A program made the translations under genes and the position numbers. A DNA stretch of 64,000 bases from Myxococcota bacterium. Its GTDB lineage: Bacteria > Myxococcota_A > Polyangia > Nannocystales > Nannocystaceae. Below, one piece after another: positions 36,394 through 48,707 of this stretch. How positions within the stretch are numbered: the first letter of the stretch is position 1; every line of letters begins with the position of its first letter. The notes beneath the pieces were generated by a model. It ran no database searches, was not told the origin of the DNA, and saw nothing but the letters and a program-made list of their open reading frames with translations. The DNA is taken from positions 160,001 to 224,000 of the forward strand of contig JBCCHT010000013.1 in assembly GCA_039028615.1 (NCBI GenBank), read 5' to 3'.

Positions 36394-38670
36394 TCAGGAG
36401 GGGTCTTTGGCCCGCAGCTCTGCGAGGAGCTGCGTGGCGCGACCGGCCTTGATCTCGCCGTCTTCGACGAGGGCGCGGGCCAGCGCTTCGACTTCGTGTC
36501 CCGTGGCTCCGGCCCCGAGAGCGACGGAGCGGGCATGCAGGGACATATGGCCGCGTTGGATGCCCTCGGTGGCGAGGGCTCGCAGGGCGGCGAGGTTGGA
36601 GGCCAGGCCAGCCGCGGCCATGACCTGACCGAGCTCGGCCGCGCTGTCGCAGCCGAGGATCTCGAGCGAGAGGCGAGCGACGGGATGGGTCCGCGTCGCG
36701 CCCCCGACCACGCCGATGGCGGCGGGCAGGCTCATGGTGCCGCACAGGTGGCCGTCCTCGTCCTTGCGCCACACGGCGAGCGGGCCGTACTGGCCGCTGC
36801 GGGCGGCGTAGGCGTGGGCGCTGGCCTCCATGGCGCGCCAGTCGTTGCCCGTGGCCATCACCACCGCGTCGACGCCGTTCATGATCCCCTTGTTGTGGGT
36901 GGTGGCCCGGTAGGGGTCGAGCTCGGCGAAGCGGGAGGCGGAGACGATGCCATCGACGACCTGCGGCCCGGAGAAGCCCTTGCCCGCCAGCGCCTCGGGC
37001 GCGACCCGCGCGGACACGTGGGCGCAGCGTCGATCGGAGAGATTGCTGAGGATCCGCAGGCCCGCCTGCCACCCGGTGAGCGCTTCGAGCTCGGGAGCGA
37101 CCGTCTCGGCGACGGTGTTGAGCAGGTTGGCGCCCATGGCATCGCGGCAATCGACGAGCACGTGCACGACGATCATCGCGGGGTCGACCACGCGGACCTC
37201 GATCTCCCGGGCGCCACCGCCCCGAATGATGAGGCGGGGGTGGGCGGTGTCGGCCAGCTGCACCAGCGCGTCCGCGGCCTCGCGTACGGCGGTGGCCGCC
37301 GTCTCGGCATCCGCGGGGCCGCCGTCGACGGGCACGAGCTGGATCTGGGCGATCATCCAGGGAGGATCGGAGTCGGCCGAGAACCCACCGCCGGCCCGGA
37401 TCATCTTCGCGGCGTTGGAGGCCGCCGCGACCACCGAGGCCTCTTCGACGCACATGGGCACGAGGAAATCGCGACCGTTGATGCGGAAGTTGGTGGCGAT
37501 GGCCAGCGGCAGCTCGAGCGTGCCGACCACGTTCTCGATCATGTGGTTGGCCCGGGCGACGTCGAAGCTGCCCGCGTCGAGCTCGGCCAGGCGCTCGGCG
37601 GCGAGCCCGGTGCTGGCGGAGACGGCCTCGCGTCGTTGCTCGACGCTGAGCTTGAAGAACCCGGCCAGCCGCGAGTTGGTGGGCAGGCGGTCCTCGGCGC
37701 GGAGCCCTTCGACCCCGGCGACCAGGTCGCTGCGGAGCACCAGCCCGTGTTCGCGACGCAGTCGCTCGCCCAGACGATCGAGGGCGGAGCGGTCGGTGGC
37801 CAGCACGACGACCAGATCGCCACCGCTGGCGCCGCTGGGCTTGGCGGCCAGACCCAGCGCTTCGGCCTGCTCGATGATCGTGTTGATCTCGGGCGTCACG
37901 AAGCTGGCCCCGGCCATGGCCTGCAGCATGTGGAGGCCTTTGTTGTGCGACGCGGTGGCTTCGCGGATCTTGGCGAAGCGCTGGTCGAGCACCTCGCCCT
38001 GGATTGCCTCGGCATCTTCGTCCTGGCCGAGCACGTAGGCCTCGATGAACTTGCGCGAGGCGTTCGCCAGGACCTCCATGGCCGCGGCGTACTGCTCGGG
38101 GTGGGCCTTTTCGCCATCACGGACGCGACGCACGAGGTCGCTGGTGATCGCGGCGTAACCGGAGTCCACGAAGCCCAGGTGCAGGCCGGGCAGGGGGGTG
38201 ACCGGGGTGGCCTTGCCCTGCTCGAAGTGCAGCGTGCCGCCGAGTACGGCCGCCGCCACGTCGCCTCCACTGCCGCCGCCACCTTGGGCCTCGGAGTGGG
38301 CCGCAATGGCGATGGCCAGCGCATCCTGCTGGATGGCGGGGTCGCGTGGATCGAGCCCGTTGGCGGCGAGGTGATAGCCGACGACCGCGGCGGTGACCGC
38401 TGCGCTCGAGCCCAGACCCAGCTTGCGCGACCCCAGGTAGAAGCGACCGGTGTCGACGTAGGGATACTCCTGGCCGACCTCTTGGAGGTACGCGGTGACC
38501 CGTCGGTGGGCACACTGCACCACGGAGCTTATCTGCGGGCGGGCGTCGCCTCGCGGCGCGTGGGCGATGGCCCGGACGTCGACCGCAGTGACGATGGAGG
38601 GCGCCCCTTCGAGCACGGCGTACTCGCCGATGAGGAAGGCCTTGCCGGGAGCGGAGACGGAGACGCTCAT
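36394..38670 (-). CDS. Fusion: phosphomevalonate kinase (GHMP) + class II HMG-CoA reductase
   Basis: N-half APGKAFLIGEYAVLEG, KLGLGSSAA, GSGGDVAA, KPSGASGGD; C-half ENVVG, EEASVVAAAS, DAMGAN, THNKGIMNG, GNDWRA, GIQRGHMSLH; single 758-aa frame. Confidence 0.9.
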   Translation of the reverse strand: MSVSVSAPGKAFLIGEYAVLEGAPSIVTAVDVRAIAHAPRGDARPQISSVVQCAHRRVTAYLQEVGQEYPYVDTGRFYLGSRKLGLGSSAAVTAAVVGYHLAANGLDPRDPAIQQDALAIAIAAHSEAQGGGGSGGDVAAAVLGGTLHFEQGKATPVTPLPGLHLGFVDSGYAAITSDLVRRVRDGEKAHPEQYAAAMEVLANASRKFIEAYVLGQDEDAEAIQGEVLDQRFAKIREATASHNKGLHMLQAMAGASFVTPEINTIIEQAEALGLAAKPSGASGGDLVVVLATDRSALDRLGERLRREHGLVLRSDLVAGVEGLRAEDRLPTNSRLAGFFKLSVEQRREAVSASTGLAAERLAELDAGSFDVARANHMIENVVGTLELPLAIATNFRINGRDFLVPMCVEEASVVAAASNAAKMIRAGGGFSADSDPPWMIAQIQLVPVDGGPADAETAATAVREAADALVQLADTAHPRLIIRGGGAREIEVRVVDPAMIVVHVLVDCRDAMGANLLNTVAETVAPELEALTGWQAGLRILSNLSDRRCAHVSARVAPEALAGKGFSGPQVVDGIVSASRFAELDPYRATTHNKGIMNGVDAVVMATGNDWRAMEASAHAYAARSGQYGPLAVWRKDEDGHLCGTMSLPAAIGVVGGATRTHPVARLSLEILGCDSAAELGQVMAAAGLASNLAALRALATEGIQRGHMSLHARSVALGAGATGHEVEALARALVEDGEIKAGRATQLLAELRAKDPS

Positions 38671-39680
38671 GCCTGACCTCCTTGGGTGGGCAGCGGCGAG
38701 ACGGCGGCATCCGGGCCGGGAGCGGCCACCAGCACGCCCAGGACCCCGGGCACCTCGGACAGGCGCTCCCGCAGGGCGGCCGTCTGCGAGGGCTCGCAGA
38801 GCACTTTGACGTGCGGTCCGGCGTCGATGGTCACGTAGCCCATCTGTCCGTCGGCACGGGCCCGCCACACCTCGTGGATGACCCCGACGGTGGTCGGATT
38901 CCAGTAGAGGATGGGGGGGTCGGTGGCCATCATGCTGGCGTGCATCTTGAAGCAGCTGTGCTCGACCACGCGACCGAGCGCGGGCAGGTCGCGCGCCTTC
39001 AGGGCCGCCTCGGCGGCGTCGAGATCGGCCTCGGAGGTGTCGACCCATGCCGGGTAGTAGGGTGACGTCTCGCGGCAGCGCTCCATGCCGCTGGTCGACC
39101 CGAGCGGCTTGCGGCCGGCGGTGGTCTGCACCACGAGCAGCTCGAGCGGCCAGTGCTGAGCATTGGCGATGGGCCGCGCGCGACAATCGCTGCCGTCGTC
39201 GGCCGTGCCTCGGTCCAGGCGCACGAAGCCGCCGAAGATCGATCGCGCCGCGCTGCCCGAGCCCTGCCGGGCCAGCGATGACAGCACCGCGGCGGACAGG
39301 TCGGCCTCGTAGGCTCCGGCCGCGGCCATGGTGAGCGCGGCGAAGCCCGACGCCGAGCTGGCCAGGCCCGCTGCGGTGGGGAAGTGGTTATGCGAGCGCA
39401 CCAGGCAGCGCGGGCGAGCGCCCTCGCGACCGGCGGCTCGCCAGACGCGGTCGAGGTGTCGCCACACCTTGGTCGCTTGCTCGTCGGCGACGGGCTCACC
39501 ATCGAGTTCGAACTGGTCGGCGTCGGCCGGCGCCAGGTCGGTCTCGGTTCGCAGCGCATCGAGGGTCATCGACAGCGAGCCGACGGCGGGAAGATTGAGC
39601 GCAGGCGTGACTCCGGTTCGCTTGCCCCAATACTTGACCAGGGCAATGTTGGAGCACGCGGTGGCGCGGACGGGCTTCAT
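38667..39680 (-). CDS. mvaD: Diphosphomevalonate decarboxylase
   Basis: NIALVKYWGK, GLASSASGFAA, GSGSAARS, TIDAGPHVK. Confidence 0.95.
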   Translation of the reverse strand: MKPVRATACSNIALVKYWGKRTGVTPALNLPAVGSLSMTLDALRTETDLAPADADQFELDGEPVADEQATKVWRHLDRVWRAAGREGARPRCLVRSHNHFPTAAGLASSASGFAALTMAAAGAYEADLSAAVLSSLARQGSGSAARSIFGGFVRLDRGTADDGSDCRARPIANAQHWPLELLVVQTTAGRKPLGSTSGMERCRETSPYYPAWVDTSEADLDAAEAALKARDLPALGRVVEHSCFKMHASMMATDPPILYWNPTTVGVIHEVWRARADGQMGYVTIDAGPHVKVLCEPSQTAALRERLSEVPGVLGVLVAAPGPDAAVSPLPTQGGQA

Positions 39681-40603
39681 GGGGTGAGCTCCACGAGCAG
39701 GGGTTCGTAACCGTCGGCCACGAACGCGTCGACGAGAGGACCGGGCTTGGGCCCGGGAAGGACCAGGATGCAGCCCCCTCCGCCGGCGCCGGTGAGCTTT
39801 GCACCAAGGGCTCCGTGACGTAGTGCGGTGGAGCACAGTGCGTCGAGGGGAGGGCAGGAGATGGCGAACGCGGACAGGACTTCGTGAGCGATCTGCATGA
39901 TCTCTCCGAGCCGCTGGTGGTCACCGCTCAATAGGGCTTCGATGCCTTCGTCGACCGAGCGCCCGAGCGTCTCGAGCAGCGGACGGGTCAGCGAGGGCAG
40001 GCGTTCGTAGCGAGAGCGGACCTTGGCGACCTGTTCGTCGGTGCGGCGCTCGACCCGACTGGGCACCACGATGAACGGCACCGGCTGGGTGAGGGCGACG
40101 ACCGTGGGGGCTTGCCCACGAACAAATCGCAGCATGCCGCCGCGCGCCGCGACCTCGGAATCGATGCCCGAGGGCTCGCCGTGGAATACCCGCTCGCCCG
40201 CCATCGACCCGGCCACGACGGGCTCTGCGTCGGCGTCGGGCCCCAGCACCAGGCGGGCCAGCGCCACCGTGAGCGCGGCGGAAGATCCGAGTCCGGCCCC
40301 GGGCGGGAGCTTGCTGTCGCCCTCGATGATCCAGCCCGTGACCGGACCGTCGCAGTGACCCAAGACCTCGAGGCAGGCGCGGGCCACCGGGTGCTCCGAC
40401 TCGACCCGCAGCTCGAGGTCGAGGCTCCACGCCGGGAAACGCAGCACGCTCGGGGCCTGGCGATCGTCGCGGGGCCTGGCCGTCAGGGTGAGCGCATCGG
40501 GCAGAGCGGCGGCCAGAGCCGGAAAGCCGTAGACCACCGAGTGCTCGCCGAGGACGATCGTCTTGCCGTGAGCAACGGCGCGGGGATGCAGGCGAAGCTC
40601 CAC
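39677..40603 (-). CDS. mvk: Mevalonate kinase
   Basis: HGKTIVLGEHSVVYG, PPGAGLGSSAA, FHGEPSGID, AKLTGAGGGG. Confidence 0.93.
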   Translation of the reverse strand: MELRLHPRAVAHGKTIVLGEHSVVYGFPALAAALPDALTLTARPRDDRQAPSVLRFPAWSLDLELRVESEHPVARACLEVLGHCDGPVTGWIIEGDSKLPPGAGLGSSAALTVALARLVLGPDADAEPVVAGSMAGERVFHGEPSGIDSEVAARGGMLRFVRGQAPTVVALTQPVPFIVVPSRVERRTDEQVAKVRSRYERLPSLTRPLLETLGRSVDEGIEALLSGDHQRLGEIMQIAHEVLSAFAISCPPLDALCSTALRHGALGAKLTGAGGGGCILVLPGPKPGPLVDAFVADGYEPLLVELTP

Positions 40604-40624
40604 GGGGACCCGTTTCTCCGTCGG

Positions 40625-41692
40625 CTAGGGGGTGTTCGATTCGGTCGGGCGCCACGCGGCGAGCCGCGGGCCGAGGATCTTGGGCACCTGGCGGAACTCG
40701 TCGACGGTGCGGGACCCGGTGAGCATCATGACGCTGCGGACGGTCATGATGACGCGCTGGAGGAACTGCTTGGCGCCCTCGTAGCCGCCGGCCTTGTGGG
40801 CCTTGAGCACCTGCGCCGCCATACCGCTGGCGGTGGCACCGAGCGCGACGGCCCGGGCCGCCTCGAGACCGGTTCGCACGCCACCGGTGGCGATGATGTC
40901 CATGCCCAGGCCCTGCAGCTGCAGCACCGAGGCCGCGGTGGGGATGCCCCAGTCCCACAGCTCGTTGGCGACGGCCTTCCAGTCGGGATCGACGGCGCGG
41001 TGCTCTTCGACCGCGACCCAGCTGGTCCCGCCGGCCCCGCTGGTGTCGACTGCCTTCACGCCCGTCTTGGCGATGCGCTGCCCCATGGCGCGGGACAGGC
41101 CGCAGCCGGTCTCCTTGGCGACGATGGGGATCGAAAGCTCTTCGACGAGGCGCGACAGCACGTCGAGCCCGCCCTTGAAGTCGCGGTCGCCTCCCGGCTG
41201 CACGATTTCCATGGCCGGGTTGAGGTGAATGCACAGGGCGTCGGCGCCGACGTTGCCGCACAGGTCTTCGATCTGCGCGGTGGTCATGACGCGGGCCTGC
41301 ACCATGCCCAGGTTGCCGAGCAGCAACACGTTGGGCGCGGCCTCGCGGACCTGGAAGGTCCAGGCGGTGTTCGGTCGCTCGAACATGGCGCGCTGCGAGC
41401 CGAGCCCGAAGCCGAGCCCGAGCTCGTCGGCGGCGCGGGCCAGGTCGCAGTTGATCTTGGCCGCGATGTCGGTGCCGCCGGTCATGGCCGCGACGATGAC
41501 CGGAGCCTTCAGCGTCTTGCCCAGCAGCGGGGTCGAGCTGTCGACCTCGTCCGCGTGCATTTCGGGCAACGCGCAGTGCACGAGCTCGACCTCTTCGAGC
41601 AGCGTGGTCTTTTCACGAAACGCCACATTGGGACCCGCGCAGAGCGCCAAGTGGTCCTTCTTCCGCTGCGAGATGTCGAATCGGTCCGCCAC
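40625..41692 (-). CDS. fni: Type 2 isopentenyl-diphosphate delta-isomerase (FMN)
   Basis: RKKDHL, MTGG, GSQRA, HLNPAME, KETGCG, GGTSW; GTG start approximate. Confidence 0.95.
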   Translation of the reverse strand: MADRFDISQRKKDHLALCAGPNVAFREKTTLLEEVELVHCALPEMHADEVDSSTPLLGKTLKAPVIVAAMTGGTDIAAKINCDLARAADELGLGFGLGSQRAMFERPNTAWTFQVREAAPNVLLLGNLGMVQARVMTTAQIEDLCGNVGADALCIHLNPAMEIVQPGGDRDFKGGLDVLSRLVEELSIPIVAKETGCGLSRAMGQRIAKTGVKAVDTSGAGGTSWVAVEEHRAVDPDWKAVANELWDWGIPTAASVLQLQGLGMDIIATGGVRTGLEAARAVALGATASGMAAQVLKAHKAGGYEGAKQFLQRVIMTVRSVMMLTGSRTVDEFRQVPKILGPRLAAWRPTESNTP

Positions 41693-41834
41693 GTTACGGT
41701 CGGACTTTGGCGTACTCGCCCGGTTGACGCCACCAATATCGAGTGATCGTCCACACGGCACGAATCGGGCATTGGGGGACCGCCCGACGTCGATCGCCGA
41801 GCAGGATTTGCAGTGCTTCCGCAGTTGCGGTGCC

Positions 41835-42779
41835 ATGGCCTCCGTGACCTCGTTCCGCGGCCGCTATGCCCCCACACCGAGTGGGCGTCTGCACCTCGGA
41901 AACGCCCGTTCGGCGCTTCTTGCGTGGCTGTGGACGCGATCGATGGGCGGCCGCTTCGTGATGCGAGTCGAGGACCTGGACCCCGGTCGATGTCGCGCAG
42001 ACTACGAGCGCGATCAGCTGGCGGATTTGCGCTGGCTGGGCCTGCACTGGGACGAAGGTCCAGATGCGGGCGGAGACACGGGACCCTACCGGCAATCGGA
42101 GCGGACCGAGCAGTACCGGGCGGCCCTGGAATCGCTCGCGACATTCGAGTGCACCTGCACCCGCCGTGAACTCCGTGAAGCCACCTTCGCACCCCACGGT
42201 CGCGAGCCGGTGTACCCGGGGACGTGCCGCGGTGGGGTGACGCACCCGGAGCGACCGCGGGCGATCCGTTGGACGCCGCCCGACGAGGTCATCGCGTGGA
42301 CGGATGCGGTGTACGGGGCCCAGCGTCAGGATCTGACCCGAGACGTCGGCGACTTCGTGCTGCGGCGTACCGATGGGGCATGGGCGTATCAGCTGGCGGT
42401 CGTGGTCGACGACGCGGCGATGGGCATCACCCACGTGTTGCGCGGCGCCGACTTGCTCGACAGCACGGCGCGGCAGATCGCCTTGCAACGCACGCTGGGG
42501 CTGCCCACGCCGGCCTACGCCCACGTGCCACTGGTGGTGGGAGAGGGCGGGCACAAGCTCGGCAAGCGCGACGGGGCGCCGGACATCACGCGGCTGCGGG
42601 AGCAGGGCACCGATCCGCAGCGGGTGGTCGCGGTGCTGGCCCAGTCGCTGGGGCTCGTGGGTCCCGCGGTGCAGCGGGTGGAGGCGCGCGCACTGGTGGC
42701 CGACTTCGACATCACCCGGATCCCGGCCGAGGATTCGGTCGTGGACTTCGCCACGCTCGCGTCGTCGCCACAGACCTGA
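41835..42779 (+). CDS. gluQ: Glutamyl-Q tRNA(Asp) synthetase
   Basis: RYAPTPSGRLHLGN, CTCTR...YPGTCR, YQLAVVVDD, RGADLL, KLGKR; no anticodon-binding domain. Confidence 0.92.
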   Translation: MASVTSFRGRYAPTPSGRLHLGNARSALLAWLWTRSMGGRFVMRVEDLDPGRCRADYERDQLADLRWLGLHWDEGPDAGGDTGPYRQSERTEQYRAALESLATFECTCTRRELREATFAPHGREPVYPGTCRGGVTHPERPRAIRWTPPDEVIAWTDAVYGAQRQDLTRDVGDFVLRRTDGAWAYQLAVVVDDAAMGITHVLRGADLLDSTARQIALQRTLGLPTPAYAHVPLVVGEGGHKLGKRDGAPDITRLREQGTDPQRVVAVLAQSLGLVGPAVQRVEARALVADFDITRIPAEDSVVDFATLASSPQT

Positions 42780-42857
42780 GGTTTCGGCTCTGGCGCCGCA
42801 ATTGCGGCGCGGTGGCGGCTTGTCGCGATGGTCCACGCGGCGCTACAACGGCCGGCG

Positions 42858-45086
<2,229 letters not shown>

Positions 45087-45119
45087 TTCGAGCGGTGCGC
45101 GCCGCGTGAGGGAGGTAGA

Positions 45120-46412
45120 GTGCGCGCGATGAGGACGATTGGGGTCTTGCCTCTCGGAATGATGTTCGCCGTGGCCATGAGTCACGGCTGCGGGGACGAT
45201 GGCGGCATGGCGACGCCGACCGACGATGACACGACGGAGGGCGAACAGACGACCGCTCCGAGTGCCGCGGACACGTCGACCGGTGGGGGACCGGTCGCCA
45301 CGACCACGGGCGAAGACGCCGAGTCGTCGGAGACCGGCCCGCCGGGAACGACCTGCGGCAACGGAATGATCGAGGTCGACGAGCTGTGCTTGTTCGACGC
45401 GGTCGACTTCGCGGTGGACATGGTGCCGTCGGATGTCGTCATCGCCGACCTGCAGGGCGACGGCGTGCTGGACATCGTGACCGCGGCCGTCGGGGCCAAC
45501 GGGCACTCGATCATGCTGGGCGACGGCAAGGGCGGGTTCGCCGATCCGACGCTGCTGCTCGGGGGCTCGGGCACTCGTGGTGTGGCCGTCGGGCACTTCG
45601 ATCAAGACGACATCCTCGATCTCGCGGGAGCCAATCCGGGCACCGAGTACGTCGCGGTCTACTACGGGGACGGCAAGGGCGGCTTCTCCATGCAGATGCC
45701 CGTCGGTGCCGCTTCGGGTCCCCGTGCGGTGGAAATCGCCGACCTCGACGACGATGGCTGGGGCGACTTCGTCGCGGCCAGCGAAATCTCGGGCGACATC
45801 ACCGTGCGCCGCGGCGACGGCAAAGGGGGCTTCGGCGAGGCCGAGGTCTACCCGGTGGGCCCCGAACCCTATGACTTGGTCATCGCCGACATCGACGGCG
45901 ACGAGGTGCTCGACGTCGCGGTCGCCAACCAAGCCGAGGACACCATCTCGGTGCTGCACGGCACGGGCTCCGGCACGTTGTCCGAAGAGGAGCGCATCGT
46001 GGTGGGGGCGAGTCCTCGAGCCATCATCGCGGGGGATGCCAACGGCGACGGGATCACCGACCTGCTCACCGCCAACTTCGACGACAACGAGGTCGGGCTG
46101 CTGCACGGCGACGGCAAGGGCGGCTTCCAGGACCTGCAGCAGCACTTCGTCGGCCGCGAGCCCTACGGGGTGGCCCTGGCCGACATGACCGCCGACGGCG
46201 TGCCCGAGATCCTCGTGGTGCGGCGCGAGACGGCGGAGATGGCCGTGTACGGGCTCGAGACCGAAGGCGTCTACGGTGCGCTGGGCGTGTACCTGGTGCC
46301 GCTCAACCCGCTGGCGCTCGACGTGGCCGATCTCGACGGTGATGGAAGCCCCGACGTCGTCGTGGCCGCGGCGGGCGCGAACGCGGTCAGCGTGTTCATG
46401 AGCTTCCCGTAG
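45120..46412 (+). CDS. FG-GAP/VCBS repeat beta-propeller lipoprotein
   Basis: SHGC lipobox; about seven D-x-D-G-D-G-x-x-D repeats; GDGKGGF motifs. Confidence 0.88.
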   Translation: MRAMRTIGVLPLGMMFAVAMSHGCGDDGGMATPTDDDTTEGEQTTAPSAADTSTGGGPVATTTGEDAESSETGPPGTTCGNGMIEVDELCLFDAVDFAVDMVPSDVVIADLQGDGVLDIVTAAVGANGHSIMLGDGKGGFADPTLLLGGSGTRGVAVGHFDQDDILDLAGANPGTEYVAVYYGDGKGGFSMQMPVGAASGPRAVEIADLDDDGWGDFVAASEISGDITVRRGDGKGGFGEAEVYPVGPEPYDLVIADIDGDEVLDVAVANQAEDTISVLHGTGSGTLSEEERIVVGASPRAIIAGDANGDGITDLLTANFDDNEVGLLHGDGKGGFQDLQQHFVGREPYGVALADMTADGVPEILVVRRETAEMAVYGLETEGVYGALGVYLVPLNPLALDVADLDGDGSPDVVVAAAGANAVSVFMSFP

Positions 46413-46523
46413 CTCGGGCGGCCATCGGCGACAATTGCAGTCCGACACGGTGTGCGCCTTCTCGGTGCCCCGTGCGGCCATGACACGTCCCTGACGCATG
46501 AACGATGCGCGTATGATGCGTGC

Positions 46524-47690
46524 ATGGTTTTCCGCGGTCGGGTCGCGTGTCTCGGGTTGTCGTTGTCGTTGGGGCTTTGGGGATGCGGCACGGAGCCGCC
46601 GACCGAAGCCCAGGACTCGGACTCCGAAGGCACGGGAGCGACGGGCGACTCGACCACCGAGGGGCCCGAGGTCTCACCACCCCCCGCCACCGATGACACG
46701 GGCGTCGCCGACGACACGGGGGACTCGGGCGATGGCGAATCGGACGACAGCGGCAGCGACTCCACCGGACCGGGGCAGGGGCCCCCGCTCGACGACGTGC
46801 TGCGCATGAATCACGTGCAGTCCAAGGGCACGCACAACAGCTATCACGTCGAGCCGCTGATCCCGTTCCACCCCAGCCACGAGTACAGCCACGACCCCTT
46901 GCCCGAGCAGCTGGACGCGCACGGGGTGCGGACCTTCGAGATCGACGTGCACCGCAACGTCGACGATACGATCACCGTCTATCACATCCTCGGGATCGAC
47001 CAGGAGACCACCTGCGAGACCTTCCAAGAGTGTCTGCAGGGCATCAAGGAGTGGTCGGACGAGCACCCGCTGCACCTGCCCGTGGTGGTGTGGGTCGAGG
47101 TGAAGGACGACACGGGCGGCATCGACATGAGCAGCCCGCAACAGCTCAACCGTCTCGACGACATCGTCAACGGCGTGTTCCCGCCCGATCAGCTGCTCAC
47201 CCCCGATGACGTGCAGGGCGAGTACGACTCGATCCGCGAGCGCCTGGTGACCGAGGGCTGGCCCACGCTCGGCGAGGTGCGGGGCACGGTCTTGGTCACC
47301 ATCCTCGACGGCGAGCACGGTGAGATTTACTCCGAGGGCTACACGACCCTGGCCGGGCGGGCGATGTTCGTGCGCGTGGGCGGAGGCGAGTTCGACACGC
47401 CGATTGCCGCCATCGCCAAGATGGGCGCCGGGTCGGGCGAGCTGGCCGATGCGCACGCGCAGAACATGATCATCGCCTCCAACATCTGTGCCGCGGACGA
47501 GAGCGACGACGACTGCTTCGCCCAGCGCCAGGAGGCCGTCGACGCGGGCATCCACATGCTCAAGGACGACTACGCGGCGCCCGTCGCCGATCGCGAGTAC
47601 TGGCTCGATCTGCCCGACGGCAACCCGGCGCAGTGCAACCCGGTCACCGCCCCGCCCGAGTGCACCTCGGTCGCGCTCGAAGACCTCTAG
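46524..47690 (+). CDS. Ca2+-dependent phosphoinositide-specific phospholipase C family lipoprotein
   Basis: LWGC lipobox; QSKGTHNSYH, GVRTFEIDVH, VYH, WPTLGEVRG, CNPVTAP. Confidence 0.85.
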   Translation: MVFRGRVACLGLSLSLGLWGCGTEPPTEAQDSDSEGTGATGDSTTEGPEVSPPPATDDTGVADDTGDSGDGESDDSGSDSTGPGQGPPLDDVLRMNHVQSKGTHNSYHVEPLIPFHPSHEYSHDPLPEQLDAHGVRTFEIDVHRNVDDTITVYHILGIDQETTCETFQECLQGIKEWSDEHPLHLPVVVWVEVKDDTGGIDMSSPQQLNRLDDIVNGVFPPDQLLTPDDVQGEYDSIRERLVTEGWPTLGEVRGTVLVTILDGEHGEIYSEGYTTLAGRAMFVRVGGGEFDTPIAAIAKMGAGSGELADAHAQNMIIASNICAADESDDDCFAQRQEAVDAGIHMLKDDYAAPVADREYWLDLPDGNPAQCNPVTAPPECTSVALEDL

Positions 47691-47719
47691 ACACGGTCGT
47701 AGCCAGTTGGCGGCCGAGC

Positions 47720-48337
47720 TCAGTCGCCGTGGTGCAGCCCGGCGACGCCGCTTTGCACCCCGGAGCCTTCGGAGCGCGCTTGTTCGAAGGTTCCGCCGAC
47801 CACCGGGGCGTAGCGACACACGTCGTGCACGATGCGATCGATGCGGTCGCGCAGCTGCGCCGACTCCAAGCGCCCGTCGGTGAAGTCGGGGGGCCGCGCC
47901 GCCGCGTGGTAGGGCAGGGTGAAGCCGTGGCACCAGTTGAAGCAGTTGCGCACCGCGGTGAGCGACATGTCACCGCCACCGCCTCCGGTCACCGCCACCA
48001 CGCCGCCGAACTTGCCCGCCAGCTCGAGGTACAGGAAGTCGAACCAGTTCTTGAGCGCGCCGCTCATGTTGCCGTGATACTCGGGCGTGACGAGCACGAA
48101 ACCTTGGGCCCATGCCGCGTCGGTCCGCACTTGCTGCACCTGGGGTAGCGCGGCCTGCTTCGGATCTTGGTAGGCCATGAGCGGCAGGGCCAGCTGGGTG
48201 AGGTCGTGCACTCGCAGCTGCGCACCGATGCCGTGCACCGTGTCGCACACGTGCTCGACCACGGCGCGCAGAGGGCTTTGTGCTCGGGCCGAACCAGAGA
48301 CCACCAAGACACGAGGGGCCGAGGACATGCGGTGCAT
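47720..48337 (-). CDS. NADPH-dependent FMN reductase
   Basis: VVSGSAR, VTPEYHGNMSGALKNWFD; start approximate. Confidence 0.88.
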   Translation of the reverse strand: MHRMSSAPRVLVVSGSARAQSPLRAVVEHVCDTVHGIGAQLRVHDLTQLALPLMAYQDPKQAALPQVQQVRTDAAWAQGFVLVTPEYHGNMSGALKNWFDFLYLELAGKFGGVVAVTGGGGGDMSLTAVRNCFNWCHGFTLPYHAAARPPDFTDGRLESAQLRDRIDRIVHDVCRYAPVVGGTFEQARSEGSGVQSGVAGLHHGD

Positions 48338-48707
48338 GCTCGACTCCCTCGGGATGCGCTGCAACCGCGATTGGAATGAACGTGGTCCAACCGCAGTCCA
48401 TGGCATGCCGCCCTGCGAATGTCCCTACACAGGGGACAGCCTTGATTTTTGCGGGGAATTGGCCGATCCTCCCCGCGCTTGGATGGGTCGGGGCGGCAAC
48501 TTCGCCGCTCATTGCTAACTCCATCCGCGAGGTGCGCTCCATCTTGCTTTGAAGCGCTGCGCCATTGGCGCTGCGCTCGGAGCCGCCTCTTCGTCCGTAC
48601 TCCGGGCGAGTTTCTGTCTGCGACGTGTCGACCCCCCATTGACGCGCACGCAGTCGTCACCGACCGCGACGATCGTCGCGGCAGGCCCAAACGAAGGCAG
48701 GCCTCGA

